DNA of 64,000 bases. Source: Octopus sinensis (Eukaryota). The translations under genes and the position numbers were made by a program. Below are positions 13,916 through 28,183 of the stretch, one piece after another. Location: the NCBI RefSeq assembly GCF_006345805.1, contig NC_043007.1, forward strand, positions 73,656,001-73,720,000, in the 5' to 3' direction. Every line of letters begins with the position of its first letter. Position 1 is the first letter of the stretch. The notes under the pieces are model-generated. The model did no database searches. It saw only the letters and a list, made by a program, of their open reading frames with translations, and had not been told where the DNA came from.

Positions 13916-14137
13916 AAATATATATCTGCATACAAAGATATATACACACATGTGCATGTGTGTGTATTTACATATATATGTGTGTGTTTTATATGATATG
14001 CGTATAAATATATGAAATGTGTATGAAAATATATATCTGCATACAAAGATATATACACACATGTGCATGTGTGTGTATTTACATATATATGTGTGTGTTT
14101 TATATGATATGCGTATAAATATATGAAATGTGTATGA
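13916..14137. repeat. Exact tandem duplication, about 111 bp x2
   Basis: atatatctgcatacaaag starts at 13920 and again at 14031. Confidence 0.9.
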
Positions 14138-14159
14138 ATAGTGTGTATGTGTGTATATC

Positions 14160-15330
14160 ATCATCATCATCATCATCATTTAACGTCCGCTTTCCATGCT
14201 AGCATGGGTTGGACGGTTCAACTGGGGTCTGGGGAGCCCGAAAGCTGCACCAGTCCAGTCAGATCTGGCAGTGTTTCTACAGCTGGATGCCCTTCCTAAC
14301 GCCAACCACTCCGAGAGTGTAGTGGGTGATTTTATGTGCCACCGACACAGGTGCCAGACGAGGTTGGCAAACGGCCACGCTCGGATGGTGTTTTTATGTG
14401 CCACCGACACAGGTGCCAGACGAGGCTGGCAGACGGCCACGCTCGGATGGTGTTTTTATGTGCCACCGACACAGGTGCCAGATGAGGCTGGCAAACGGCC
14501 ACGATCGGATGGTGCTTGTTACGTGCCCACAGCACGGAGGCCAGTCGATGCGGTACTGGCTACGGCCACGTTCGGATGGTTTTATTGTGTGCCACGTGCC
14601 ACCGGCACTGGTACCACAAGATACAAATTCCATTGATGTTCATCTATTTTGATTTGTTTTGATTTGATTTTCACTTGCCTCAACAGGTCTTCACAAGTGT
14701 CACAAGAAGGAAGGTATGCACAGGTGGACTGACTACGTCCCAGGTAGGGGCCATGGGTTATGGCCTGACTAGTCTTGCCGGGTCTTCGGATGGTGTTTTT
14801 ATGTGCCACCGACACAGGTGCTAGATGAGGCTGGCGAACGGCCACGATCGGATGGTGTTTGTCATGTGCCCACCGCACTGACTACAGCACTGATGGATTT
14901 CTTGTGTGCCACAGGCACTGGTACCACAAGATACAAATTCCATTGATGTTCATCTATTTTGTCTATTTTGATTTGATTTGATTTGATTTGATTGATTTGA
15001 TTTTCACTTGCCTCAACCGGTCTTCACAAGTGTCACAAGAAGGAAGGTATGCACAGGTGGACTGACTAGTCTTGCCGGGTCTTCGGAAGGTGTTTTTATG
15101 TGCCACTGACACAGGTGCCAGATGAGGCTGGCGAACGGCCATGATCGGATGGTGTTTGTTACGTGCCCACAGCACGGAGGCCGGTCGATGCGGAACTGGC
15201 TACGGCCACGTTCGGATGGTTCTCATGTGTGCCACCGGCACTGGTACCACAAAGTGTGTGCCACCGGCACTGGTACCACAAAGATACAGATTCCATTGAT
15301 GTTCATCTATTTTGATTTGTTTTGATTTTG
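14160..15330 (-). mobile_element. SINE family C (GGAAGGGCATCCAGCTGTAGAAA core, (GAT)n tail) with an expanded internal ~58-bp tandem array
   Basis: Tail catcatcat-ttaacgtccgctttccatgctagcatgg; repeated unit tttttatgtgccaccgacacaggtgccagacgaggctggcaaacggccacg. Confidence 0.85.
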
Positions 15331-15402
15331 ATTTTGGGTCTGTGTATGTATATATGTGTGTGTATTTATGTGTATATATATATGTGTGTGTGTGTATTTA
15401 TG

Positions 15403-15433
<31 letters not shown>

Positions 15434-16099
15434 ATTTGTATGTTTATATGTGTGTATATATGTTTGCATGTTTATGTATATGTGTATATATGTGAATGTA
15501 GATATATGTGAATGTAGATATATGTGAATGTAGATATATGTGTCTATGTATGTGTCTGTGTGTGTGTTTGTGTGTTAGACAACCGTCTTTTAGTTTCCAT
15601 CTGCCATGTATATTTTCAGGGCTTTGGTGGGAACACTTGTCCACGGGGCAGTAGTTGGGAGGTTTGCTTCTCAACCACATCATTTCAGATTTTGTTCTAC
15701 TGCATGATGCTTTGAGCAGGTATCTTCTACTGTGGCCCTGGGTTGACCAAGGCCTTGTGAGTGGATCTGGTTGACAGAAACTGAGGAGGCCCTTTGTGTG
15801 TCCCCTTGTCTTGACAGCTCACAATAGTTATGAATGCCTCTTGCATACAAGTGGCATCCTTTATTTCCAATCTTCTGTGAAAATATGTCTGGCCATGAGG
15901 GAATATTACTTTTTTTGAAATCAGCTGAGGGTTCGCTGTAGAAGATTTGGCTCAACAAATTCTGCCTGACCCATACTGCTGGCATGGAAAAGTAGGCATT
16001 AAAAACGACTGTGATACCTTTATGTTGATGCAGTTGGCAAGCTGTAGATTGATCTTGATTCAACTTTCCAGCGCTACTGTAAATATCAAGGAAACATAT

Positions 16100-17750
16100 T
16101 CAGCTGTCAAAACTAGCAGAACAGATTACCTTCTTGTTCTGCAGTGAGTTTGGGTTCATTCTCATTGACATATGCTATTAGTATGTCAACATTGTATGGT
16201 GCATCTTTCGAAATTCCTGTTGCTAGCTTTTAATTGTTGGAGTTCTTGATCATTTACATCCTTGAGCTTGCCAATGAAAGCTGCTTTATAGATTTAATCT
16301 ATGTATTCTATTTCCATTTTGTGGTACATCTATGGGATTTGATGTTTAAAAGCTTTAGCAGTCTTTGCTTGATACCTGAACCGAAGGTGATGTAGATTGG
16401 ATGTCTCTCAGTATTTTAACAGTGAAAAGGATCCTAAAACTCTTGGCTGTTTGAAATACAGTATATTCCTACTATATTGTGACCCCCGTGCCATTACACT
16501 CCAGCAATTCAAGTAGAGGTTGTGCAGGCTTGGCCATTTACTATTAGATCTTGAAATGAACTTGGAACCTTGTACTTTGTGAGGAGGAGTCACAGGAAGA
16601 AGCATTCATGCTGACTGGGGTGTACAATATAATCTCTTCTTAATAATATTATCAAAACTTGTCAGATTGGCTTTCAACAGGGGCACTTTGCTTTCTTCAT
16701 TTCCATTCCTTGTTGTTCCATGTATAGTAAGACGAAATATGATGGTGCAACAATGGTTTTGCAAATGGACCATAATACTGGCTCAGCTTGAAAAGGCTGT
16801 AATCATTTATGTTTCTTGGAATTTATGTTTGCTTTATAGCAGTTGTTTGAATGGAGTAAACCACTTTGACCAGTGGACAAATTGAATGCTAAGATATCTT
16901 CATGAAAGGGAAACATGAAAGTGTTAGCCCCATTGCTACTGATACATCATCTCTGCTGCAATTGAGGGGCTTCACTATGGCTATTTTGCTTTGTTAGAAA
17001 AACATTGCAGCATCATATACCTTGATATATTCACAAATTGCATTTAATTATGTAATTCAAAAATGAAGTACCCATTAAATACCTATTTCTTTACTACCCA
17101 CAAGGGGCTAAACACAGAGGGGACAAACGGATTAAGTCGATTACATTGATCCCAGTGCGTAACTGGTACTTAATTTATTGACCCTGAAAGGATGAAAGGC
17201 AAACTCGACCTTGGCGGAATTTGAACTCAGAATGTAATGGCAGACGAAATATGGTTACGCATTTCGCCCACCGTGCTAACGATTCTGCCAGCTCACCGCC
17301 TTGTGCCCATTAAATACCTTGACCAGGAATGCACAGTAGTGAACTAGCCAGCTGTTGTTCTTTTCATGTTGTCCAACCATAATTTAGATACCTCTACCTT
17401 TTGGTGTTCTTCTGTAAAAGGGATAACCATCTTCACCTGTTTAGGTCTCCTTGATAAAAGGAAACTATTTAGTGCATTTGTTGTCTTCCATATAAAGTGA
17501 ATTCCTCTTGATGATGATACTTTGGAGAGGCTATGAACCAACTGGGTTTTAATAATACTGAAGAGTTCTTTCCCCTGGCAAGTGTCTGGTAGCTCCTCAG
17601 ATCTGATGGAATCAATTTGATTGGACTGACTGACTTGTTAACGAGATTAAAATGTGTACATGTACCAAGCCCTCTTTTTTCCATGGCATTAGTGATGAAA
17701 AAATCATTTATAGCAAATTATTACATAAATAGCTACACTTGGTCATGGCT
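16100..17750 (-). mobile_element. Decayed Helitron RepHel fragment, interrupted by a SINE
   Basis: Minus-strand remnants across frames: E.KRGL.HVHILI (Rep motif), G.DGYPFYRR, YYTWNNKEWK, QHECFFL.LLL.KVQG.SSFQDL, NEPKLTAEQ. Confidence 0.75.
17085..17302 (-). mobile_element. SINE family B with 14-bp TSD
   Basis: TSD CCCATTAAATACCT at 17071-17084 and 17306-17319. Confidence 0.88.
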
Positions 17751-17949
17751 GGAATTTGAACTCACATCCACAAAACTTGACTTTTTAAATTAAAATGCTG
17801 ACATATCAGTTTCTGACATGCATAGTAACATTATCGGTAGCAGCTCTGCATTAATCAAGACTTGACTTCTGCTAATCAGAAATAAATAACAAGAGATAAC
17901 TAGATAGATAAGCAGGCAGGCAAGGAACCCCAGTAAGATTGAGTTGGTA

Positions 17950-18806
17950 TAATTAGTAAGAATATTTTAGATATTTATTGAGGATTAGAGATATTATAGA
18001 ACTTTCCATATGGGATAACAACAAGTCTGTCATTAGTTTGGTTTAAATTAATGAGAAACCTAGCTGTAAGTTTACTCAGACTTTTACCCATCTATAACCA
18101 GACCTCCGCTATTAAAAGCTATGGATTTCACTAAGGCATATACACCCACCCATTAGTGGCTCAGATATTGATACCATCCTGCACACTAGGAAATCATTAT
18201 TTTTAAACAATTCTTAATTGAGAAAAATAGGAATAATTTGTGTGATGTGCATATGGGTGAATATGATGAAACAGCAGAATTATGCATAGTTAAGATGCAT
18301 CTGTTCTGGATTCTTTACACAAAGAATTTCCAAACTTAAGTACGGGTATATACAGAGATGATGAACATATTAGTATCTGTAAAATTAATGGTCATGAGTT
18401 TGATAGGCTTAAGAAGGATCTGATTGTGTTTATCCAGTTTATGAATTTAAGGATCAAAGTTCATACAAACCTAGTAGTGTCAACTTCTTAGATATTATTC
18501 TAGATTTAGAATCTAGTGGGTTTAGGCCTTACTGCAAGCCAAGTGAAAGACTGTTCTATCTTTTGTCTTTTCTTTGTTTCGGTCATTAGACTGCAGTCAT
18601 GCTGGGACATCACCTTGAAGGGTTTTTAGTTGAACAAATCAACCCTAGGACTTTTTCTTTTAAAGCCTAGTACTTATTCTATTGGTCTCTTTTGCCAAAC
18701 TGCTAAGTTACAGGGATGTAAACACACCAACGCTGGTTGTCAAGTGGTGATGGTGGGGACAAGGACAGACACAAAGACACACACACACATACATGCATGC
18801 ATTCAT

Positions 18807-18852
<46 letters not shown>

Positions 18853-19790
18853 ACACCATGGGCTTCTTTCAGTTTCTATCTACCAAATCCACTCACAAGG
18901 CTTTGGTTGGCCTGAAGCTATAGTAGAAGACACTTGCCTAAGGTACCATGCAGTGGGACTGAACCTGGAACCAAGTGAATTATTATCATCCACCTTGTAT
19001 CCTTATTATAGTTAAGAAGATCTCCTTTTTGTCAGTGGATGAAGCAACCTTCAACATGGCCTCATCTTATTAAAACAATGCTCTTAGAAATTGTGGGTTC
19101 TCTGAGCAGATCCATTATGTAAACAATAAAAATAATCCCAGGAGATTTCACAGAATTCAGACTAGAAAGGATTTGTGGTTCAGTTGAACATTTATTATGA
19201 ATGTTAGGACTAATATACCCAGGGAACTCTTAAATTTAATATCTAGGCATGTTTCCAGGTGGCATAAGTATTAGAGAATATTTGACTGAAGTATCCTAAA
19301 AGCTGTAAGCACTTTGTCTTGGTGGTTAACTAACAGAATGTGAGAAGACTTGCTGAAGCTAATGGAAATGAAAATAACCTTATATCTAATTGTACAAACC
19401 CTAAAAACTGCCTCTTAAATGGCGACTGGCTGACCAAAGAAGTTGTATATAGATATAAGGTTTAAGTTGATAATAGACTTGTATGAAAACTCACAGTGGA
19501 GTTACAGAAAACAGCTTCAAGATGAGGCTTTATCTGCACAAAATTTCTTCCAAATACCCAGAGTATTGGTCCTCAATGGGTCTAGTCAAACATGCATGGC
19601 AATTGAAGGAAGCTGATTCAGCACCTTTCAAAATGTTCTGGTCAGTCCTAGAAAAAGCAACACTATACAGACATGGGTTCTACTACTATTTCTTGAAATA
19701 TTTGTTATGTTTCAGTGAGAAGTATTTTATGCTGTTTCAGTATAAATCAACTTTAAGCTGAAAATCTGAGTTATTGAACAGACGTTTTTC
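17950..19790 (+). mobile_element. Decayed Penelope-like retroelement (RT + GIY-YIG), Naiad-like; split by a SINE
   Basis: DFYPSIT (18079), ILHTRKSLF, DVHMGEYD..AELC, GIYRDD (18345), VNFLDIILDL, HPP; then NC...NC.LNG, VVYR...HSGVTENSFKMRLYLH...KHAWQLK...LC.SEKY (ORF 19483-19761). Confidence 0.85.
18555..18972 (-). mobile_element. SINE family A inserted in the PLE
   Basis: Colinear with 1987-2394. Confidence 0.85.
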
Positions 19791-19993
19791 AAAATCATAA
19801 ATATATACATATAACCATTTCCCCCTACCGCATATTGTTACTCTTTTTATTATTATTTGGATATGTTGGATGTGTTCTTATCTTATTATTTTTCAAAATC
19901 ATAAATATATACATATAACCATTTCTCCCTACTGCATATTGTTACTCTTTTTATTATTATTTGGATATGTTGGATGTGTTCTTATCTTATTAT
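19785..19993. repeat. Tandem duplication, about 103 bp x2, at the PLE 3' end
   Basis: ttttcaaaatcataaatatatacatataaccattt...tcttattat occurs twice. Confidence 0.85.
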
Positions 19994-20319
19994 TGATTCC
20001 CTCTGACCATCCCATTTGATCCTTGTACAAATTTTTTTATAGTTTTTACTTTATATGGCTTTCCATTGATCAAGTTATAAGTTATACATATGGTTTTGGC
20101 TCTAAACAGTTTTATGTTATTTTTCATACTGGAAATTATTGCACCAAGTTTGAATTTATTGATTTTTTTTTTCCATGTCCTTATTTACTTTTGAAGTCAT
20201 AAGTCATCCATTTTTACTTTAAATCAATTTTTCTGCATCTGTGTTTTACACACACATGCACACATATGAAGTAATAGGGCAAGATATGAACATTTTTGAG
20301 AAGTGATATTGCAAAATCA

Positions 20320-20650
20320 TGTTAGCTTTGACTGGATATGGTTTGGCTTTATACTACAATGCGGAACTACAAGAACCGATTTCCTTGTGAACAACTGCAA
20401 AAAATGTTGATAATGTAAACTAAACATTTTGCCTTTGCATTTGTTGACCTTAGACTGCCAGCTGTATATTCTCTTTTCTCCTTCTTCTGACAGCTGTTTG
20501 GGCAGTGAATGATGTGTGCAAAAGTAAAGATCAATATTGAATACTGTGCATTTTGTATTCATTGACCAGAGCTGTTGTCTTCCTCTCAGTTCTCTCCAAC
20601 TTGAGGGTTTCTGTATGTTGATGACCTGGTTGTCATTGAAGAATTTTGAA
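20320..20650 (+). mobile_element. RTE-like LINE RT remnant
   Basis: Degenerate IFLV.QLQKK...FAFAFVDL and L.VDDLV motifs. Confidence 0.5.
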
Positions 20651-22195
20651 GAATGTCACAAACCAAAAGTTATTGTCTCCAATCCAAAGTTTTAGCTGTT
20701 TACATGCATCATCATCATTATCATCATCATCATCATATGCCTGTTTTCCATGCTGGCATAGGTTGAATGGTTTGTCTAGAGCTGGCAAGTAGGAGAGCTG
20801 CACCGGGTTTCAGTCTGATTTGGCATGTTTCCTATAGCTGGATGCTTTTTATGTGGCACCTGCACAGGTGCTTTTATGTAGTGCCAGTACAGGTGCTATT
20901 ACGTGTCACTGGCATGGAAGCTTTTAATGTGATGCTTGCATGGGTGCTTTTTACATGGCACTCAAATATTTATTCATAACAGAACCACAAAATAGTTCGG
21001 GGGATGCTACTTTTGTTGGTTAAAATTGCAGCTGTTTTGGCATCAATGATTTGATGCTGACTTATTTGACATCAGATATTTTAATGCTTCCCTTGTTCTC
21101 TCTTTCTATTCCCTGTCCATTCCTCTCCCCTCTCACCCTCTCTTTCTCTGTTTATGTGTCTAATCATATTTGTCTTCATGTGTATAAGGAGAAGGAAAGT
21201 GTTCATGCCAATTGTGTTCAATTAATAACTTGTAATAGCTGTCTCTCTCTCTCTCTCTACCTCTCCCTCTCTCCATATGCATATTTCTACTCATGTGCAT
21301 ATGTGTTTCTCTCCAATACCAAATGTAATGTTGCTAAAACAGGTTGAATGTCAAAAGACACCCATGCCAAATTGTCAGCACGTGCAGTCTTCTTATTCTG
21401 ATGCAAGTGGCTGATTGTATGAAGCATGTGTAAGATATGGGCATTGAAGTTGGAAGAAAGTGAAGGAGAACAATCATTTGGATATGTGATGCTATTTTGC
21501 ATGACAGACAGAACACAAGTGAACTTAAGGAGACTAAGGAAAATGTGTAAAGAAGTGTTGAGATCAGGTTATAGAACACTAGGCTTTACAGACAAGTTGA
21601 AACAAGATTAAAACAAGTAGAGACTGAGTTTTTACACTCATACAACTATGGAAAACTTATGTTAAAACAGTAATAAAACAGAAGGAATATTTTTGTCCCT
21701 ACTCACTTCTACATTTCTACTCACCTCATATCTTGAGGGGCTGCCTGGACACCCCATCACCATGCTTCATTTCTTTGGAGATGCTATTGATTCATTTCAG
21801 TTTCGCTTCTAAATGTAACAATGTAGCTCCTTACTCTTCCCCGTCCCTTTCTCTCATACTTCAATCCCTCATCTCTTTGCATGAAGCCCCCCACCATCCC
21901 TCTAGGGTGTTGTAGTCTTGTGGGCCACATAGCAACCTCACTAGTGCCAGTGGCAAAAAAAAAGCACCCAGTTCACTTTGTAAAATTGTTGGCATTAGGA
22001 AGGGCATCCAGCTATAGAAACTGTACTGAAGCAGACATTGGAGCACAATGCAGTCCTGGGGCCCATCAGACTGTTCAGCCCTTGCCAGCATGGAACATGG
22101 AAAATTAAATGAGGATGATGTATTTTTGTGAAAATGTTCTACTCAATATATTTCATTATGTCTCATGTATAATTGTTCTAATTTTGTTCTTTCAG

Positions 22196-22288
22196 GTTGC
22201 TAGATAAATTATTGGTTGTTTGTCCCAATGTGGATTACTGTGAAGATGTATTGCCCCGTTCAGAACTTGAAGCTCATCTTTTGCACAG
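22196..22288 (+). CDS. LNX2: LNX exon: post-RING zinc finger ([31 protein letters not shown])
   Basis: ttcag acceptor, gttagt donor, phase 2/2; matches LNX2 LLDKLLVLCP...CDLEAHLKNRC. Confidence 0.93.
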
Positions 22289-23749
22289 GTTAGTGTTTGG
22301 TTTTATGCATTTCTTTTATATTCTTTTATTTTTCTATTTCCTCACATACAACTTACATGCAGACATGGCCATGTGGTTTAGAAGTTCACTTTGCAACCAC
22401 AAGGCTTCAGGTTCAGTCCCCCAGCATGGCCTCTTGGTCAAGTATCTTATTCTATAGCTTTGAATTAATCAGTAGCTCTTTGTAAATGAAATTTGTTGGA
22501 CTGAAACTGTATGGAAGCCCAACATGTATGTGTGTATGTGTTTAAGTGTGTGTATTTGTCCTCATGCCTCTTCACAATGATACCACTCGGGCAGCAGTAC
22601 CATTTATTAATCTCTGTTGGTTTGCTATCAAGAACATCCAATCATAAAAAATTGCCTCAAAGTGTCTTATTCAACCCATGGTAAAAGTGGACATAAAAAT
22701 GAAATAAAACAATTATTTTATTCGATTTTAGTCATCAGTCTGTGGTTATACTCTACTAGGGGTACTCCTTTCAACGGTTTTATTCAATCACATTTTACCA
22801 CAGTATGTACTTGAGTCTGGTGCATTATTTATTTTTATTTAGTAAAAGGCTCAGTTGTTGTTTGCAATGTGAAGGAATGTAAGTTAGCATGCTAATTTAC
22901 ACTTATAAATACACACACACACACACACCCTTCAGCGATTCCCCATCTAATCATCTCTCATTCTCCTCATAAACTCTTGCAACCTCTACCCACCTACACT
23001 CACTTCTACTAACCTCATATTTTGAGATCCACCCTGATACCTCATCATCACTACGTCATCTCTCTTTTCAGCTCTACCTTGGCTATTCCCATCTTGTCTT
23101 CTATAGTGTGGATAATCATATAGCCCTTTTACTCTAAGAAATCTGTTCTATCCCTTCCCCCACACTTTAACCCTTCATCTCCTAACATAAAGTCACCTTC
23201 CTTTCTACAGTGGCCCCATTCAGTCAAAGGAGATCTTAGTCTTATGAGTTGTATGGTGACCTCACTAGTGTTGGTGCCAGGGAAAAGAGTACCCAGTGAA
23301 CTTTGTAAAGGGGTTGGCATTACGAAGGCATTCAGCCATAGAAAACATACCAAGACAGACATTGGAGCTTGGCGCAGTCCTATATTTTGTTAGCCCCATT
23401 TCAAAGATCAAGCTCATGTCAACATGGAAAATGGATGTTAAATGATGGTGGTTGGTGTTATGAAGGGCATCCAGCCATAAAAAACATGTCAAAGCAGACA
23501 CAGAAGTCTGGTGTAGTCTTCTGCCTGGCCAGCTCCTGTCAAACCGTCCAACCCTTGTCAGCATGGAAGTTGGACATTAAATGACGATGATGAGGAGTGG
23601 ATGTGTGGTAAGTAGCCTGCTTGCCAACCGCATGGTCATGGGTTCAATCCCACTGCATGGCACCTTGGGTAAGTGTCTTCTACTAGAGCTTCAGGCTGAC
23701 CAAAGCCTTGTGAGTGGATTTGGTAGCCAGAAACTGGAAGAAGCCCGTC

Positions 23750-23794
<45 letters not shown>

Positions 23795-25845
23795 TGTGTG
23801 AGTGTGTGTGTATATGTTTGTGTGTCTGTGTTTGTCCCCCCAACATCGCTTGACAACCGATGCTGGTGTGTTTACATCCCCGTAACTTAGCGGTTTGGCA
23901 AAGGAGACCAATAGAATAAATACTACGCTTACAGTGAATAAGCTCTGGGGTCGATTTGCTTGACTAAAGGCGGTGCTCCAGCATGGACGCAGTCAAATGA
24001 CTGAAACAAGTAAAAGAATAAAAGAAAGAAAAGAATATATATATATATATACATACATGCAAAACCATATAAGGATATATATCTGATTGCATACAAAATA
24101 AAGTCTTAATCTATTTGGCTGTTCTCTCTGCTTCCAGGAAAGCAACAAATTGTTGAAGAAATTACTTTGGTTAATTTTGTTTATGTCATCTTCAAAATAG
24201 GAAAATGCTTTCCTTTTTGAGATATATTCCAAAACAGCTTTGGGATCATATTTGCAATATAGTCCTTCTGGTATATTCAGAAATTAATTTACTAAATATA
24301 GTATGCTTAGAAACGGACTGTAATTATTTTTAGGTGGGAGTAGATTTCATGGAAACTCTTGTAATATATTCAAAGTACTTATTTATAATGAGAAATAATG
24401 ATGATGTTGATCATTATTTAACATCATGTTCCATGTTGGCATGGGTTGGATGGTTGTTCTATTCTTAATTTTATTATTCATAAAATTTCGACAGGGATCC
24501 AAATTGGTTTGATGGAAATCACGAAGCTGTACCTTCTATTTTCTTAGGAAAAAGGAATGGTTTTTGAACCAATGAAAGGTTAGAAGACTGAAGATGATAT
24601 GAGTAATATGCTTAACATGTTCAAAAGGCAAAGGGAACTCACAGAAGGATAGAATTACAAAGCAGAAAAGTTGTTTCCGTTATTTAGTGATGGTAGCAAA
24701 AATGACATTTGGGTAGGTTTCGGTGAGGATTAAGATAGGGTTTAGCAAATTCAGTTGGTGGGGTGGGATTTTGCAGTGGAAGAAAAAAGAAAAGAAAAAA
24801 TGTAAATTAGTGGAAAGAAATGAAAAAAGAAGCAAGAAAAAAAAAAAAAAAGAAGCGTTAACAGTAAGGGGAAGCGGGTTGAAAAATCACTTAAATAGAT
24901 TTATCTGATTTGAGTGAAAGATTGTAGAGATTGTAGTTGACATGTATATCAGATAGTCATATCATCATATGCTTGATCAAATTACTTAATTATCAATTAG
25001 CGATAAAATTATTTGGGAGTGATTATAAGCTCTTATACAAACATTTACTTCATTGATGAGTTATCAGTTTTCAACTGAAATTATCATCTCAAGTGTCTCT
25101 AATTAACCAAAATACTAGGAGCAATATCAGGACATTCTAAAAAAAAAGAAATACTACTATATATTTAAATTAAAGAGTAGGGAAGTGATACCTACCTAAT
25201 TTGTTTTGAGCCAGGTTTTAAGTGTTCAGGTGTGTAGCAGTATCTGGAAAATGGGAGGAGGATGTGGCTGTGATGCTGTCTATATGGGTATACATTTTGT
25301 GCAGGTCTGGATAGGCTGTGTTAACAAGAGCTTAAAAAGTTTGTGGGAGGACTGTTCCTTATGATATGATGAGTGGATTTGGCAAACGGAAGCTGAAATA
25401 AGCCTAATGTGTATATATAATAATAATAGTGATAACCCTTTCCATTAAAGGCACAAGGCCTGAAATTTGTGGGGAGGGGACTGATCGATTATATCGACCT
25501 CAATGTTTCACTGGTTCTTAATTTATTGACTTAAAAAGATGAAAGGCAAAGTTGACCTCACTGGAATTTGAACTTAAAACAAGAAGACAGAAGAAATGCT
25601 GTTATGCATTTTGCCCGGCATGCTAACAATTCTGTCAGCTCACTGCCTTCGTATAATAATAATAATAATAATAATAATAATTAGGCGTAGGAGTGGCTGT
25701 GTGGTAAGTAGCTTGCTTACCAACCACATGGTTCCGGTTTAGTTCCACTGCGTGGCACCTTGGGCAAGTGTCTTCTACTATAGCCTCGGGCCGACCAAAG
25801 CCTTGTGAGTGGATTTGATAGACGGAAACTGGAAGAAGCCTGTCG

Positions 25846-25876
<31 letters not shown>

Positions 25877-26306
25877 ATATGTTTGTATGTCTGTGTTTGT
25901 CCCCACCAACATCGCTTGACAACCGATGCTGGTGTGTTTATGTCCCCGTAACTTAGCGGTTCGGCAAAAGAGACTAAGAGAATTAGTACTAGGTTTACAA
26001 AGAATAAGTTCTGGGGTCGATTTGCTCAATTAAAGGCGGTGCTCCAGCATGGCCGCAGTCAAATGGCAAACAAGTAAAATAACAAAAAGAACATAATAAT
26101 AGTAATAATGATAATAATAATTATCCGCCATAATAGATTGTTAGCCACTACACACATTTTTTTCTCCTTGTTTTTTTCTATGTCCCTTTCTGTAGAAGAG
26201 CGTAGGCTCGAAACATAAAAGACTTTTTCTATTCCTGAGCGTTACACTAATATCTGTTTGTTTTGTACACCACCTGTCTTCATCTTTTGTTTTTTTCGTA
26301 AACTCT

Positions 26307-26346
<40 letters not shown>

Positions 26347-28132
26347 CCTGTGCAGTGCTGTTGCACATCAGCAAATAGACTACACTATTTACATATATAC
26401 CACAGATCAGTGATCTCAATTTGTTCCAAGGTAACTTGAGTACACAATGCTGTGGAGCTGCAAAATACAGCAATATATCTATATCCACAATTCTCGATCA
26501 CTTACAGGGTGACTTGTCTCATCTTACTCAAGGTATTCAGTGTCTTTTAAACACTCAGCATCTTAAAGGAAATTTTCCCATTGGTGCTATCCTGCAGCTT
26601 ATGAGTGCATAAAAGAAAAAAAAAACGTACAGTATGTATGTGGTATCAGTAATGTTTGCATTATTAGAGCTGCTTCATCATCATCATCGTTTAACGTCTG
26701 TTCTCCATGCTAGCATGGGTTGGACGGTTCAACCAGGGATCTGGGAAGCCAGGAGGCTGCACCAGGCTCCAGTCTGAGCTGGCAGTGTTTCTACAACTGG
26801 ATGCCCTTCCTAACGCCAACCATTCCGTGAGTGTAGTGGGTGCTTTTTACGTGCCACCGGCACAGGTGCCAGGCGAGGCTGGCAACGGCCACGATCGAAT
26901 TGGTGCTTTTTGCGTGCCACTGGCAAGGGCTATGTTCGGATGGTGCTTTTTACGTGTCACCGGCACGGAAGCCAGTCTAGGCGGCGCTGGCATCGGCCAT
27001 ATATAGAGAGATATACATGTGTTTGTGTCTCCTTGCCTTAATATGTGATAGTTGTAAAACAAATGTCACTTTTGAACAAGCAGTGTCCTTCATAGCCATT
27101 CTTCTGTGATCATCATCATCCAATTGAGCTTGCTTGAATAAATCTTCTCTGTAAGCCACAGGAAATATTATTGGGCTTCTCATTTATATTAATCATTATT
27201 TTTCATAAAAAATTTAACAAATCAGTCAATAACCCTTTGCAGTCTCACCAAACACAGACCATTGTCTTGCATAAATACTGTTCTGGCTTTGTTCAAGGTG
27301 TTTCTTGCTTGTTGTGACTTGACCATTCTTTCTTTTGCTTCATATTGCCATGAGGACACCAGTTTTTCTTTACTGGTGATGACGAGGTGAAAAAAATCTG
27401 TGTTCATGAGTAACTCAGTGTTGAGTGAGAAAACTGGCTGCAATAAAGAAACATTGGAGCTTGTCTCTTTTATTTGGAGCATGTGGTATTCATGTACTGA
27501 GTTTTTGGACCTTACCCATCAAATGAAGCTGGTGGATAATGGCATCATAGGAGCATCTCATCTGCTGGGCCAATTCCTTAATGGATTGGTGTGGATCTTC
27601 ATGGATGAGTTTGTTCAATCAATCCTCATTGAACTACACAGGTTGACCGGAACACACAGCCTGTGAATTTGAATTTCCTCCTACTTGAAGTATGAAAAGC
27701 AGCACCTTTGCTGTACATAGCACAAATGACTTGAGTAGCTTTGGCACCTTGTTGAAAGTAAACAGAAGCACGTGTCAAAAGTGCTCACTTTTTTTCTACT
27801 TCCTACTCCATTGTTATATATTTGAAAAGAGGTAAAATTTATTCAGATTTTGAAAGCACTGGAGGAAGAATAGATCTACAGCACTTCCCCTGCATTAAAC
27901 CAGTATGATGAAGATATTTTTCCTGTTAATTCAAATAACATAGGAAAGAAATGATTGGATTTATCAGACAATCCAATACTTTGCTAGGAAACAGGTGAGG
28001 GTTGGCAACAGAAAGAACATCTTACTATTGAAAATCTGTCTCAATGAATTCCATCTCCATCTAAACCATGAAGCATAGAAACATACATATTAAAATGATG
28101 ATGATGCACACACACACACAAACACACACATG

Positions 28133-28183
<51 letters not shown>

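Noticed and set aside
14330-14520. CRISPR-like regular repeats
   Set aside because: Whole units repeat with no unique spacers; eukaryotic SINE-internal minisatellite
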